From the NCBI GenBank assembly GCA_965203465.1, contig CBDBCR010000003.1, positions 704,001-768,000 of the forward strand: a stretch of DNA of 64,000 nt, given 5' to 3'. Positions 10,901 to 19,169 of this stretch are shown here, piece by piece; position 1 is the first letter of the stretch, and every line of letters begins with the position of its first letter. A program made the position numbers and the translations under genes. The notes under the pieces were generated by a model. That model did not search any database, had not been told where the DNA came from, and worked only from the letters and a program-made list of their open reading frames with translations. This stretch comes from Nitrosopumilaceae archaeon. GTDB lineage: Archaea > Thermoproteota > Nitrososphaeria > Nitrososphaerales > Nitrosopumilaceae.

Positions 10901-13900
10901 GGCGAGATCGTCCCGAACGCGGAAAAGTGCCGGGTCCACACCTTGCTGGAGGAGCGGTCCACGCACGCCTCGCCGTCGACGTCGTCGGTGCCGGCCAGCC
11001 CGTCCAGGAACGCGCCCGCGCTGGCAGTGCCGGTCACGTTGCCGCAGGCGTGCACCTCCCGGGTGTCCCCGTCCGAGCCTATCTCAAAGACCAGCCCGTC
11101 CTGCGGCAGGGGGTCCTTGAACGTCACGGAGACGGGCAGGTCGAACGCCAGGCCGCGGTCGGCGCGGCCCATCTCGACGATCAGCGCAGAATCGGTGTTT
11201 AGGTGCGAATGCGTCGCAAGAAACCCCGCGTCCGGGGATCTCTCCGAGTCGGCCACCGTGATGGCCACCGCGCCGGCCGCGAACCCGCCCGCCTGCACCG
11301 ACGGCGGGAACGTGATCGATACGTGTTCCGTATCGAGGGTGACGGACGCCTCCGGCGGGAACTGTACGGCCGTCCCGCCCGCCGCCAGCACGCGCGGGTG
11401 CGGCTGAGCCGGGGAAGCGAACCGCGAAATGTCGACCGTGGGCGCGGCGCCCGGCGCGGACGTGATCGACTGGTAGAGGTTGTCGGGCCGCAGCGAGAAC
11501 TCGGGCGCCTGCCCCGACAGGCTCGTGCGCGTCAGCGCGCTGAGGCTCACCGCGGCGGGCTGCGCGTCCTGCGGAACGTTCGTGAACGAGCCCCGATCCG
11601 CCTGGCTCCCCTCTATAGGGCGCGGAATCGTCTTGGCGCCGGCGTTGTCTATGGGGTTGCCCGCAAGGTCTGTCACCCCCGCCCCCACGGTAAAGTCGAT
11701 CCGCGACCTGAGGGTGTCCGGCGCCGTCTGGGCCCATCCCACCAGCACGTCGGGCGACCCGCCGCCCTCGATTCCGGTGACCGTACGGGCAGATCCGGGC
11801 GTGCAGGTTCCGGTCTGATCGCCGGCAGGAGGCGCGCACAGCACGACGTTCGTATAGTCGCCCGCGCCGGTCGCGACGGCCTCGTCGTAGTGGACTCTGA
11901 TGGTGCGGTATCCGGCGAGCGCCGCGTACACGTACGAGGGAGGATCGTTGTCTATCGAGACGCCGTCGGAGGTCAGATCGCCGCCCTTGAAGACGGAGTA
12001 AGTGGGCGTCGGGCGGACAGTGTACACAGTAACCGACAGGGACGGCGGGCCGTCCGCGTCCGTCTCCGATACCCGGTACGAGGCCGTGAATCCGTCCGCG
12101 CTCGTGCCCACGATCGACGCGTTTTTGCCGTTCACCTTTACGTCGCCGGCCGCGACGGCGCGTATGTCTTCGCTGGCCGCAAACGATACGGTCAGCAGGT
12201 CGCCTACGCGGGCATGCCGCGGGTTTGCGTTGGACGACGACACGGAGAACGCGTCAGCTGCCACGAAAAAAAGGTCGTTTACGATGGGGTGGTAGTGGTC
12301 GTGTTCCGCGGTGAGCGCGTTGCCCGTGGTGTCCGAGACCGAGCCGGACACCCTCACACGTATGAGTTCGGCCAAGCGGTATTCGCCGGCCGCGCCGGGA
12401 TCGACGCCTTGTGCGCCTACCAGATGGGTCTGCCCGGACTCGTGGTGTATCTGATCCGTCAGCGTGAGGGTCACCGTGCCGTCGGCTTCGGCTGCCGATC
12501 TGACCAGGTGGCCGGCCACGTCGAAGTCGCCGCCCTGCACGCTCGAATCCATCAAGTCCTCGTCGAACTCTACTATTATGGTACGCGGATCCGCCACGCG
12601 GGCGCCCGTGATCGACGGCGGCACGGAGTCCGGCGTGACGGTTATGGCCGCGCCCGAGACCGCCTCGTTGTCGTTGTGCGCAAAGGCATTATCCCGGACG
12701 GCTCCGGCCTGCATCCACAGCGTCGGGGTGCCGAGGGCCACTGCGTCCCTCCTCTGCTCGCCGGTAAGCGTTATGGTTACGGTGGGATCGTCCGTCGATT
12801 CGACGAAGGCGCCCGACAGCGGCACCGAGGACAGCGAGTCGCGCAGCGACATTTTCGCGGTGTCTACGAACGTCGGCGGCGTGGCGTCTATGGGCTCGTC
12901 GAACGTTACGCGCAGTATCCCGGTTCCCTCGTCGAGTGCAACAGATTCCACCACCGGCGGATCCGTATCGGGCGTCACGATGAACGTGAAACCCTGGGCG
13001 TGCGCGTACTGGAACGGCCAAAACTGCGGAACCTCGTAGCTGACCTGCGAGGTCGGGGCGACGAACCGATTGCCGGCCAAGTCCGCGACCGCCCCGGTGG
13101 CCACATGCAGCGACGGGTGCTGGTACGACGATATGGCGCTCCGCTGCTGCGCGGTCATCGTTATGCTGACGGTGGCGCCGTCGGTCTCGGCGACGGTGGC
13201 AGATGTCATGGTGGTCGCGCCCGAGTTGCCGTTGCGCACGGAGATCTTTGAAAGGTGCACCATGGAGGCAGGCGTGGCGTCTATGGTCTCGCTGAACGTC
13301 AGCGTCATGATACCGCGGCGCAAGTCCATCGAGGCGGTCACGAACGTGGGCGGCGCGGTGTCGGCAGTCGCCGTGACGGTGTTTCCCTGCGCGGCCGATA
13401 TCCGGTTGCCCGAGGTGTCGAGCACCGCGCCCGCCCCTATGTCTAGCACCAGCGGGCCGCTCGACTGAGACAGGTTCGTCGACGAAATGTCTATGGCAAG
13501 GGTGTCGCCGTCCGCGCTCGTGGAGAGCGACGCGCCCGAGAGGCTCTCGGCGGCCGAGGCCTGCTGCGAGGCGAGCCGCATCCCGAGGCTCCCCAGATTC
13601 ACTTTTGAGGCCGGCGTGACGTCTATGGTCTCGCCGAACGTCACCTTTAGCGCGGTGCCCGATATCGTGGCACGCACGAACGTCGGGGCAGATCTGTCCG
13701 GCGCGACCTGCACGGACAGGCCCGACGCGGCCGCTATCTGGTTGCCCACAAGATCGGAGACGGCGCCCGGCGCGACGCTTAGTGTAAGCGAGGTGCCCAG
13801 CGCGACGATATTCTGCCGCTGCTGCTCTGTCAGCGCGACTATGATCGTGTCCCCGTCTGAGCGCAGGCCGTTGCCTGCCGAGAGCGACACCGACCCGCCT

Positions 13901-15453
13901 GTCGCGTGTATCGATATCTTGGAGGTGTCCGCCGTTCTGGCCCGGACGAACTCGTCAAGTTCAATGCGCAGCGTGCCCGCGCCCAGATCCAAGGCAGAGC
14001 TGGTCACGGTCGGGGCCGCCGTGTCCGACACCACGGACAGCGCGTACAGGCCCGACTGCCCGCTCGTGCGCGCGTTGAGTGCGGCGTAGCCGCTCGGATG
14101 CGCGAACGCGTTGCCCGCCGCGTCGCGGAACGCGTTGGGCTGCAGCTTCAGGAGCGAGAGGCCCTTGGAGGCCACGTCCGCGTTGGTGACCCGCACGTCA
14201 GGAAACGCGGCCTTGTCTGCGAACGCGACGGCCGAGCCGGGCGGGAACGAGGCCGGGTCTATGGCGTGCGCCTTTTGGGCGGGGGTGAGGGCAAGCGCTA
14301 CTACCTTGGCGTCCCGGGTGGGCAGCGACGCGCCGGTCAGCTGCATGCTCGCTCCGGAGGACGAGCAGGGCTTGGAGTTGGGCGTGCACCCCTCCAAGCG
14401 GATCTTTGACGTGTCGGCCGTAGCCATGTTGGCCATCTCGTTGAACGCGATGTTTAGTTTTCCCGTAGAGATGTCCAAGTTGGAGCTGCCCGTGGAGTAG
14501 ACGGGCGAATGCGTGTCGCGGACGACCGTCATGTGCGCGGGGTCCCATATGGCGGTGTTGTAGTGGCCGGAGTGCGAGACGCCGCGCGGGTTCAGGTCCA
14601 TGTCGAGCCTGGGCGTGTAAAAGTTGTTGTTGGCTATGGCGCCGTCCAAGGAGCCTAGCGCGGATCTCTGCGCCTCCGTAAGAGTCACCGTTACGGCGCT
14701 GCCGCTCGTCGCGGCAGACGCGCCGGTCATATACCCTTCGCAGAATACGCCAAAGAACCAAAAGCATTCAAGGCCGGCCGATGACCTCCACCGGTCCGTG
14801 GCCGTGAACCCCCCCGCCAGGATCTTTGACGGATCGAAAGTGTCGACCCTTTTGTTGAACGACATGTAGAGCTTGCCCGCGTCCGGGGTGCGCAAGTCCA
14901 AGCGCGGGGTGCCCGTGCCGGCCGGAGGATCCGCGTTCGCGATCTGGATCGTGGCCGCGTGGACGCGGTGGTTGTGCGTCTGCCCGCAGTGGTGCCTAGC
15001 GCAGTAGTACGTGCCCCCCTCTATGTGTACCGTTCCGGTAGAGCTCGTCGATACGGGGTGGCGCGGATCTATCTGCAGCAGATCGGAGGTGCGGCCAGCG
15101 TCCTCGACAAAGATTATCTTTTTCGCGCCGCCGGGGGTGAAGACGAGGTTGTTGTAGAACGAGTGGTTGTAGTGGGCTACGAGCCAGTTGCAGTCCGAGG
15201 CGACCCCTCGCTGGCAGGCCTGAAAGGTGCGCAGGTTGTTTTGGTACGTAGTGCTGCCCGTAGAGCTGCCCATGTCGTCCGAATAGGTGATCTTTACCGT
15301 GTGAGTCCCGATCAGTTCGGCCTCGGTGACCGTCACGGTGGTTGTGTGGGCGTGCGCGTCCGGGAGCAGATCCGGCAAGCACGCGCCGGCCGCGGCGAGC
15401 GTCGACGCCGCCACGATCGCGCACGCTAGGCCCGGCGCCGAAAGTCCACTCAA
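4942..15453 (-). CDS. Giant (3503 aa) secreted cell-surface protein: Ig/SbsA-like repeats, putative-Ig domains, NHL-like and LVIVD beta-propeller repeats, PKD/REJ-like domain, poly-Gly linker, C-terminal CFI-box-CTERM anchor
   Basis: N-terminal signal peptide (..LPDAHA), DTAPP-type Ig repeats, 44-aa DDKVYAY repeats, YALVA..DDGVQIIDVTDP repeats, NNRPVANAGADQ, and GGCLVATAAYGTELAPHVQELRELRD followed by a C-terminal TM helix. Uninterrupted 10.5-kb ORF. Confidence 0.9.
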   Translation of the reverse strand: MSGLSAPGLACAIVAASTLAAAGACLPDLLPDAHAHTTTVTVTEAELIGTHTVKITYSDDMGSSTGSTTYQNNLRTFQACQRGVASDCNWLVAHYNHSFYNNLVFTPGGAKKIIFVEDAGRTSDLLQIDPRHPVSTSSTGTVHIEGGTYYCARHHCGQTHNHRVHAATIQIANADPPAGTGTPRLDLRTPDAGKLYMSFNKRVDTFDPSKILAGGFTATDRWRSSAGLECFWFFGVFCEGYMTGASAATSGSAVTVTLTEAQRSALGSLDGAIANNNFYTPRLDMDLNPRGVSHSGHYNTAIWDPAHMTVVRDTHSPVYSTGSSNLDISTGKLNIAFNEMANMATADTSKIRLEGCTPNSKPCSSSGASMQLTGASLPTRDAKVVALALTPAQKAHAIDPASFPPGSAVAFADKAAFPDVRVTNADVASKGLSLLKLQPNAFRDAAGNAFAHPSGYAALNARTSGQSGLYALSVVSDTAAPTVTSSALDLGAGTLRIELDEFVRARTADTSKISIHATGGSVSLSAGNGLRSDGDTIIVALTEQQRQNIVALGTSLTLSVAPGAVSDLVGNQIAAASGLSVQVAPDRSAPTFVRATISGTALKVTFGETIDVTPASKVNLGSLGMRLASQQASAAESLSGASLSTSADGDTLAIDISSTNLSQSSGPLVLDIGAGAVLDTSGNRISAAQGNTVTATADTAPPTFVTASMDLRRGIMTLTFSETIDATPASMVHLSKISVRNGNSGATTMTSATVAETDGATVSITMTAQQRSAISSYQHPSLHVATGAVADLAGNRFVAPTSQVSYEVPQFWPFQYAHAQGFTFIVTPDTDPPVVESVALDEGTGILRVTFDEPIDATPPTFVDTAKMSLRDSLSSVPLSGAFVESTDDPTVTITLTGEQRRDAVALGTPTLWMQAGAVRDNAFAHNDNEAVSGAAITVTPDSVPPSITGARVADPRTIIVEFDEDLMDSSVQGGDFDVAGHLVRSAAEADGTVTLTLTDQIHHESGQTHLVGAQGVDPGAAGEYRLAELIRVRVSGSVSDTTGNALTAEHDHYHPIVNDLFFVAADAFSVSSSNANPRHARVGDLLTVSFAASEDIRAVAAGDVKVNGKNASIVGTSADGFTASYRVSETDADGPPSLSVTVYTVRPTPTYSVFKGGDLTSDGVSIDNDPPSYVYAALAGYRTIRVHYDEAVATGAGDYTNVVLCAPPAGDQTGTCTPGSARTVTGIEGGGSPDVLVGWAQTAPDTLRSRIDFTVGAGVTDLAGNPIDNAGAKTIPRPIEGSQADRGSFTNVPQDAQPAAVSLSALTRTSLSGQAPEFSLRPDNLYQSITSAPGAAPTVDISRFASPAQPHPRVLAAGGTAVQFPPEASVTLDTEHVSITFPPSVQAGGFAAGAVAITVADSERSPDAGFLATHSHLNTDSALIVEMGRADRGLAFDLPVSVTFKDPLPQDGLVFEIGSDGDTREVHACGNVTGTASAGAFLDGLAGTDDVDGEACVDRSSSKVWTRHFSAFGTISPSGAYVAGPVPDQQAVYGQAFTLDISSNAFVGLSTRTPTLSVYSPGSTLPPHLTIPRWLDLSYSSSGAARDAGSDFALASANANPSGIVRTGDGFLVSDGGGTVYAYGADGSRDAGSDIALHADNANPAGLAMYGSRLLVLDSADGKMYAYGADGSRDASSDVSLDAANAHAADAAIHGAHVFVLDSDDDKVYSYNMDGSRISGDFDTDAAKVPAGIASDDTGLYVVYADGSVQAHSLDGARNADGDFALHADNANPAAAASDGARLFVPDSAKTYSYTLAENTATLSGTPSGLGSQTLAVTASDGESTLSDTFDIAISSATPSGVGAAAPMLADRRAAAGERFSFDVPSSAFTGLATQTPALSASYAGGALPPWLGFESASSAAQTVGTFSGAPTAPGTFRIALTADDGANQVPYEFNLLVGPARLPDRSAVLGEQVSFEVAADSFAGLDTRTPTLTTGVLPEWLSFASQVSPTRHIPDSGFALDPDNADAASVATDGTRAFVPDSADDKVYAYWLDGARNADGDFALHADNADPAGIAADGRTFYVLDSADDKVYAYGSDGARNADGDFALHADNADPAGIAADGRTFYVLDSADDKVYAYWLDGARNADGDFALHADNADPAGIAADGETVFVADSADGKVYEYLPDGVRVESADFDLHADNGAPVGVATDATDYLVADSADGRVYAYRIPETIGTFSGTPNLLRTDRITVTATGGQTAASNQFKFATNFDVNLSLHSSTSISDGSVAGGTGYPELGGAGALDLFTAGARTYALVASAADDGVQIIDVTDPASPSDVSSFADSASLLLDGATDIAAATIGSKTYALVAAFEDDGVQIIDVTDPTRLSVASSVADDSGLLLDGASGITTVAIGNRIYALVASFEDDGLQIIDVTNPANPSTASSVGDDADLLLDGASDVVAMAAGGRTYALVAASEDDGVQIIDITDPASPSAAASVDDDAGAELDGARSLELFAAAGRTYALVAASEDDGIQVLDVTDPADPFKVSAISDGGGYALDGPYSVDTVEMGPKTYAVAASYEDDAVQVIDVTDPANPSAVSSVADGSEYAELDGARAVKIASAGPARYALVAAGEDSGIQVIELRGSATLPFEAGATDTETLRINFAGPVTTTYTDGRGWSLSGADAGPASVARAQPSPDGRALTLRVSDLPSTAAADLTVSYDGTGGILASGVPVASASAPASDLMRPVPEISVGGAEHYTNSDPVAVTVDFGEPMTAGQFAQGDVSASAGEVSGFAAVPASGNARYSFSVASAPEGTLELVIPGDAATDAAGNSSAPVRFLMGIDRTAPELAAPISESQTRTRIVLTEPVRGATSVSDWSVAGAAPAAFVAPDGGKSPTSSATAATLILEHAAVPNEARPVSYSGGGLTDIAGNRLAAASAVARGPVQVSGGTTGGADLDLAAVVQITMDGSVSGELIVRPIGLHEGVASYGEDHDGVVQIGGRGAEMFETFDLEFLGRSFSGVITFAYDPSKLPEGVPESELRVYHWDGARWNDVTESLDEANNRISGRFASLSPVGIGHAVQPPNNRPVANAGADQSARAGQTVTLSGSGADIDDSDLTYSWAQTGGSPAVELQNASSPVATFAAPRAPSGAVLTFALTVSDGLLADTDAVTITIEASGAAPPAAQFRSGGGGGGGGGGGGGASVRAPSGAEDVFIQSISWDCQEGIARVVAGPDSDGLTVTVRTTEYGARQAQLTDERAAGHRVYTTQMAENEDYLGVTALFVVGRGSFWANEAVDIDSCRGTRTFGEQAPAVSMQQAPAAVAPRAEPEPAAGQPEPAAPAPTVAPAPSEPEAAPQTAAMTAEPRSEDAAPACAPGTVLRDGACEPEEGGGCLVATAAYGTELAPHVQELRELRDGALLSTGAGASFMAGFSDAYYAVSPRIADMERQNPALRELVGAAITPGILILGYTMSPVQDSPTDGAVLAYGAASIAALAGFYAGLPALGASAASSALKRRAARSA
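9020..9385 (-). repeat. Near-identical 132-bp intragenic tandem repeats (about 3 copies)
   Basis: atccaatacgtagaagg occurs at 9121 and 9253; the unit encodes ADDKVYAY(W/G)..DGARNADGDFALHADNADPAGIAADGRTFYVLDS. Confidence 0.85.
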
Positions 15454-15548
15454 CCGCCCCCCTCCCCGGCACAGGCATATTTATCCATAGTGCCAGAAAG
15501 GCGGTCTATAGTCCCGAAATTTGCGCGCGGCGCGCGCCCCGCCGGGGC

Positions 15549-17465
15549 TCAGGCGAGCTCGTCTATGCCCACCCCCCGGAGGTACTCGTAGGTGCGGTCG
15601 TAGAACTCGGGGCTCCGGGTGGCGTCGGCCTCGTCGCCCTCGGGGACGAATATGACCATGCCCTGCCTCGCGCGCGTGAGCAGCACCCGGTAGGCGTTCT
15701 GCAGGTGAGCCTTCCTTTCGGGCTTGCGGATCTCGGTCCACGCGGCGCCGCGGAACCGCCGGTGCTGCCACCCCCGCCCGTCGTGGCGCAGGTCGGCGTC
15801 CCATGCCACGCACGCCCAGTCCAGCTCGAGGCCCTGCACGTCGAACTCGGTGGCCGCGTACTCTAGGCTGTACGACGAGTGCGGGTCGGCGCGGGGGTTG
15901 AGGAACCACTTTGCGGGGTTGACGGTCAGTTCCACGTAGATGCCGTGCGGCTGCAACCGGTACGACTTTGCGCTGGCCACGATCCCGTACCTTTCGCTGC
16001 CCCTAGCGCGCTCGGCCACCCACCTCTTGGCCAGCCCAAAGTCGCGCGTCACCGCTATCGGGTACCTGCCCAGATCTTCGAGCGCGCCGGCGGCCGAGCC
16101 GCGGTTCAGGTCCAGCAGCGCCCCGACGAACTCCGAGACGCGCTCGCCGCGGAACGAGCGGACCGACGTGGCAAGGTGCAGGTCGCTTTGGGCCGCGTGC
16201 CCGGGGCGCCTGCCGCGCATCTCTTCGGGCACGTAGACGTCCCAGCCCGGATAGTGCTCTTCGAGCACCGAAAACCACTCCGATATGCCGGCCTCGCCGT
16301 CGTGGATCTCCTGGCCCTCGCCCACGAGGCAGACGATCACGGCCCAGTCCCGGTGCCTGTCTAGCGCGCCGACCAGGAACTGCGGCTCGGACATGCCGAA
16401 GCCGGGCCTGCCCTTTTTGCGCTTCATGAAATCCTCCAGTTTCTTCCGGGTCCACGCCCGCTGGGCCTCGTCGAATATCGCCACCTTTTCGGCCGGGGGC
16501 GAGGCGCCGTCCAGCTCGGCGTCGCGAAAGTGGTGCACCTTTTGTATAAAGGCCCGCGCGGAGCGGAGCGCCTCGCCCTTTTTGATCCTCGGCTTGCGCG
16601 GGTCGCCCACGCGGTCGCGCGCCAGCGCCTCCTGCAGCACGTCCACCAGGGGCCCGTTGCCCGACAGGAAGACGGCCTTGTCGGCCCCGCGCCCCTTGGC
16701 GGCGAGGTTCAGGCCCGCCAGCGTCTTGCCGGCGCCGGGCACGCCGGTCACGAAGCAGATCGACTTTTTCTTGTTCGCTTTCGAGTGCCGTATTATCCGC
16801 CCGAGCGCGCGGGCCGTCTTGGTGAGGTTCTTGGCGGACCCCTCGCTGCGCGAGATCTCCTCGACGCGGTGGTCCGAGTACAGGGCGCGGGCCGCCTCGA
16901 TTATGGTCGGGGTGGGGCTGTACTTGGAGGCCTCCCAGTCGCCCGGCTCTATCCTGCCTGCCCCCCAGAAACTGCCGGTCGCCGCGCGCACGACGTCCCC
17001 CAGGTTGCGCCCGTTGGCCAGCACCGGCTCGAAGACCCCGTCGTGGTGCTGCACGAAGGCCCCGCGCTCGTCGGGCGCCTCGGTGGCCACGAGCACCGGC
17101 AGTATCGCGGCGCCGTGGCTCTCGTGGTGGAAGTTCTTGAGGTCCAGCGCATAGTCGACGCACTGCTCGACGTCCTCGCGGGCGTATCCCGCGCTGCCCG
17201 CCTTGAACTCCATTACGAAGACGGCGTTGCAGCAGATCAGCACCGCGTCGACCCTCTTTCCCATGCGCGGTATCGTGTACTCGAGCAGCACGTGGCCCTC
17301 CAGGCCGCGAAGCTCCCTCTTCATTATGCGGATCTCGGCGGCCCAGGCGTCCCTCTGGCTTTCCTCCAGCGGGAATTCGTGTACTTGGGCCATCCTGCCC
17401 AGTATGTCGTCGGCGCCTTCCGCGAGGAACCGGCCCAGCGGGGCGGAATAGTAGGATCTCTTCAC
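15549..17465 (-). CDS. DUF2075 / Schlafen group-3-like SF1 helicase with N-terminal nuclease-like domain
   Basis: EYTIPRMGKRVDAVL..FVMEFK, GVPGAGKTL, IFDEAQRAW, LVGEGQEI, EFDVQGLELDW and NAYRVLLTRARQG. Confidence 0.9.
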   Translation of the reverse strand: MKRSYYSAPLGRFLAEGADDILGRMAQVHEFPLEESQRDAWAAEIRIMKRELRGLEGHVLLEYTIPRMGKRVDAVLICCNAVFVMEFKAGSAGYAREDVEQCVDYALDLKNFHHESHGAAILPVLVATEAPDERGAFVQHHDGVFEPVLANGRNLGDVVRAATGSFWGAGRIEPGDWEASKYSPTPTIIEAARALYSDHRVEEISRSEGSAKNLTKTARALGRIIRHSKANKKKSICFVTGVPGAGKTLAGLNLAAKGRGADKAVFLSGNGPLVDVLQEALARDRVGDPRKPRIKKGEALRSARAFIQKVHHFRDAELDGASPPAEKVAIFDEAQRAWTRKKLEDFMKRKKGRPGFGMSEPQFLVGALDRHRDWAVIVCLVGEGQEIHDGEAGISEWFSVLEEHYPGWDVYVPEEMRGRRPGHAAQSDLHLATSVRSFRGERVSEFVGALLDLNRGSAAGALEDLGRYPIAVTRDFGLAKRWVAERARGSERYGIVASAKSYRLQPHGIYVELTVNPAKWFLNPRADPHSSYSLEYAATEFDVQGLELDWACVAWDADLRHDGRGWQHRRFRGAAWTEIRKPERKAHLQNAYRVLLTRARQGMVIFVPEGDEADATRSPEFYDRTYEYLRGVGIDELA

Positions 17466-17594
17466 GCCCCGGCCCCGCGCCCTCGGTATTAAGCGGTTTT
17501 GGAAAGATCGCGCGGCGGGTGCAAAGCGGCGGGCCGGCTCGCGCCCGAACGCGGCCGTTAAAGATTTAATTGCCGCAGGCTCGCAGGTGCCGCG

Positions 17595-17866
17595 TTGGCT
17601 GTCCGAAAAGCGTCGGCGTTCAGGCGCGTCGAAAGGGTGGCAAAGGTCGTGGATCTGAGCGGTTACGAAAACGTATCGTTCAAAACCACGCCGAGGGAGA
17701 CCGTCGTGGTAAAATTGTGGTCTGAGGAGGAATGACTCCGGTTTTTAGTTTGGATGCGAATGTAATCCTGGACAATGCGAAAAACGGGATCGCGTCATGC
17801 GGGTTCGGAAAATCGGAGAAAACAACCAGGGGCGCCTTGCACCGGTGCTGGGATTTGCGGGAATGA
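17595..17866 (+). pseudogene. Degraded antitoxin (17595-17735) plus truncated PIN-domain toxin (17732-17866)
   Basis: Two short ORFs coupled by an ATGA overlap. The second begins MTPVFSLDANVILD (PIN strand-1 motif) and stops after 44 aa. Confidence 0.45.
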
Positions 17867-17930
17867 TCGGCGACGGGCAGGGCGCGTTTGCGGCCAAAAA
17901 ACGCCGAGCGCACGGGGTTCGGGGTGTGAC

Positions 17931-18743
17931 ATGAAGCAGGATCAGCCGCTCGAATACCTGCGCATAGGCGATCTGGAACTGTGGGCGGAGGCCAACGTCA
18001 GGAATCACCGCCCCATGCAGGACATAGGCGAGCTGGCCGGCAACATACGGCAGAACGGGCTGCGCTTCCCGCTGCTGGTAAAGAGGAAAAGGGCGAACGG
18101 AAAGTATGGCGTCTTTAGCGGGCAGAGGAGGCTGATGGCGTGCGCCAAGGCCGGGCTCGAAAGAATCCCGTGCTTCGTCTTCGACAGGATAAGACTACAG
18201 CAGGCCAGAATCCTGTCGCTGAGCGAGAACCTGCACAGCCTGCCCTTCGACAGCGGGGACAGGGCGCGCGCGTCAAAACGGCTGCTGAGGCACTTTAAGG
18301 ACACGGCCAAGGTCGCGGCCGCGCTGGGCGTGGATCCGGCGGATGTAAAAGAGTACCCGGGCTACGACGCGCTGCCCGACGAGGCCAAGCTGCTGGCAGC
18401 GTCAAGAAAGATCAGCCCCGAAATGGCGGCGCACGTGTACTCAAAGTTTGATGGCGGCAGGGCGCTGGAAATATGCCGCGAACTGGCGGGGATCCCGGCC
18501 GGCGACAAGAAAAGGCGCCGCGGCATGGCTTTCGCGGTAGGCGCCGCAAAGAGCACGGACACGCTCGAAAAGATCAGGGAGTTGGCCGAAACTGCGGACT
18601 GGGTGGAGTACAGGATCCTGATTCCGGGCGAAAAGTCCGAGACGCTCGAGAGGATGGCCGGCGTGCGCCTTGCCGACAAGGAGGACGTGGCAGCCGAGAT
18701 GCTTTTGGAGAAGATCCGGCAGGCCGAATGCGGCCCTGCGTAA
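17931..18743 (+). CDS. ParB/Srx-family N-terminal domain protein (orphan; no parA nearby)
   Basis: ANVR..IGELAGNIRQNGLRFPLLV...VFSGQRRLMAC...SLSENL. The ATG at 17931 is preferred over 17775. Confidence 0.85.
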   Translation: MKQDQPLEYLRIGDLELWAEANVRNHRPMQDIGELAGNIRQNGLRFPLLVKRKRANGKYGVFSGQRRLMACAKAGLERIPCFVFDRIRLQQARILSLSENLHSLPFDSGDRARASKRLLRHFKDTAKVAAALGVDPADVKEYPGYDALPDEAKLLAASRKISPEMAAHVYSKFDGGRALEICRELAGIPAGDKKRRRGMAFAVGAAKSTDTLEKIRELAETADWVEYRILIPGEKSETLERMAGVRLADKEDVAAEMLLEKIRQAECGPA

Positions 18744-18779
18744 GGCGGGCTTTGGGGCAGCGCGGCTATTCCGCCGCGC

Positions 18780-19169
18780 TCAGTACCCCCAGCCCCTCTG
18801 GACCAGCGCGTCGAACGAATCGGGGAACACGCACGCGGCGGTCTGATCCGAACTTTTGGTGATGGGCACCGTGCCTTGCCGGCAGTCTATCTCGGGCGCG
18901 GCCGGCAGCTCGTCCTGCTCTGGCGCGACGGGCTCGGCGGGCATGCCCGGCTCGGCGGGCGCGCCTGGCGCCGCCGGCCCCGCCTGGGCCAGCCGCTCCT
19001 GCGCCCGCTGCTCGCGCTCCTGCTGCGCCTGGCGCTGCTCGCGCTGCTCCTCCATCTGCGCGCGCTGCTCCTCCATCTGCCTCCTGGTCTCGTCGGCGTC
19101 GGCGAACGCGGCCGGGGCCAAGGCCGCCGCCAAGGCCACCGAGGCTGCCAGGGCCGCCGCGCGAATCAT
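18780..19169 (-). CDS. Small secreted protein with a thaumarchaeal C-terminal Cys motif
   Basis: Signal peptide (..APAAFA), coiled coil, and C-terminal C..G..ITKSSDQTAACVFPDS...LVQRGWG. Confidence 0.7.
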   Translation of the reverse strand: MIRAAALAASVALAAALAPAAFADADETRRQMEEQRAQMEEQREQRQAQQEREQRAQERLAQAGPAAPGAPAEPGMPAEPVAPEQDELPAAPEIDCRQGTVPITKSSDQTAACVFPDSFDALVQRGWGY

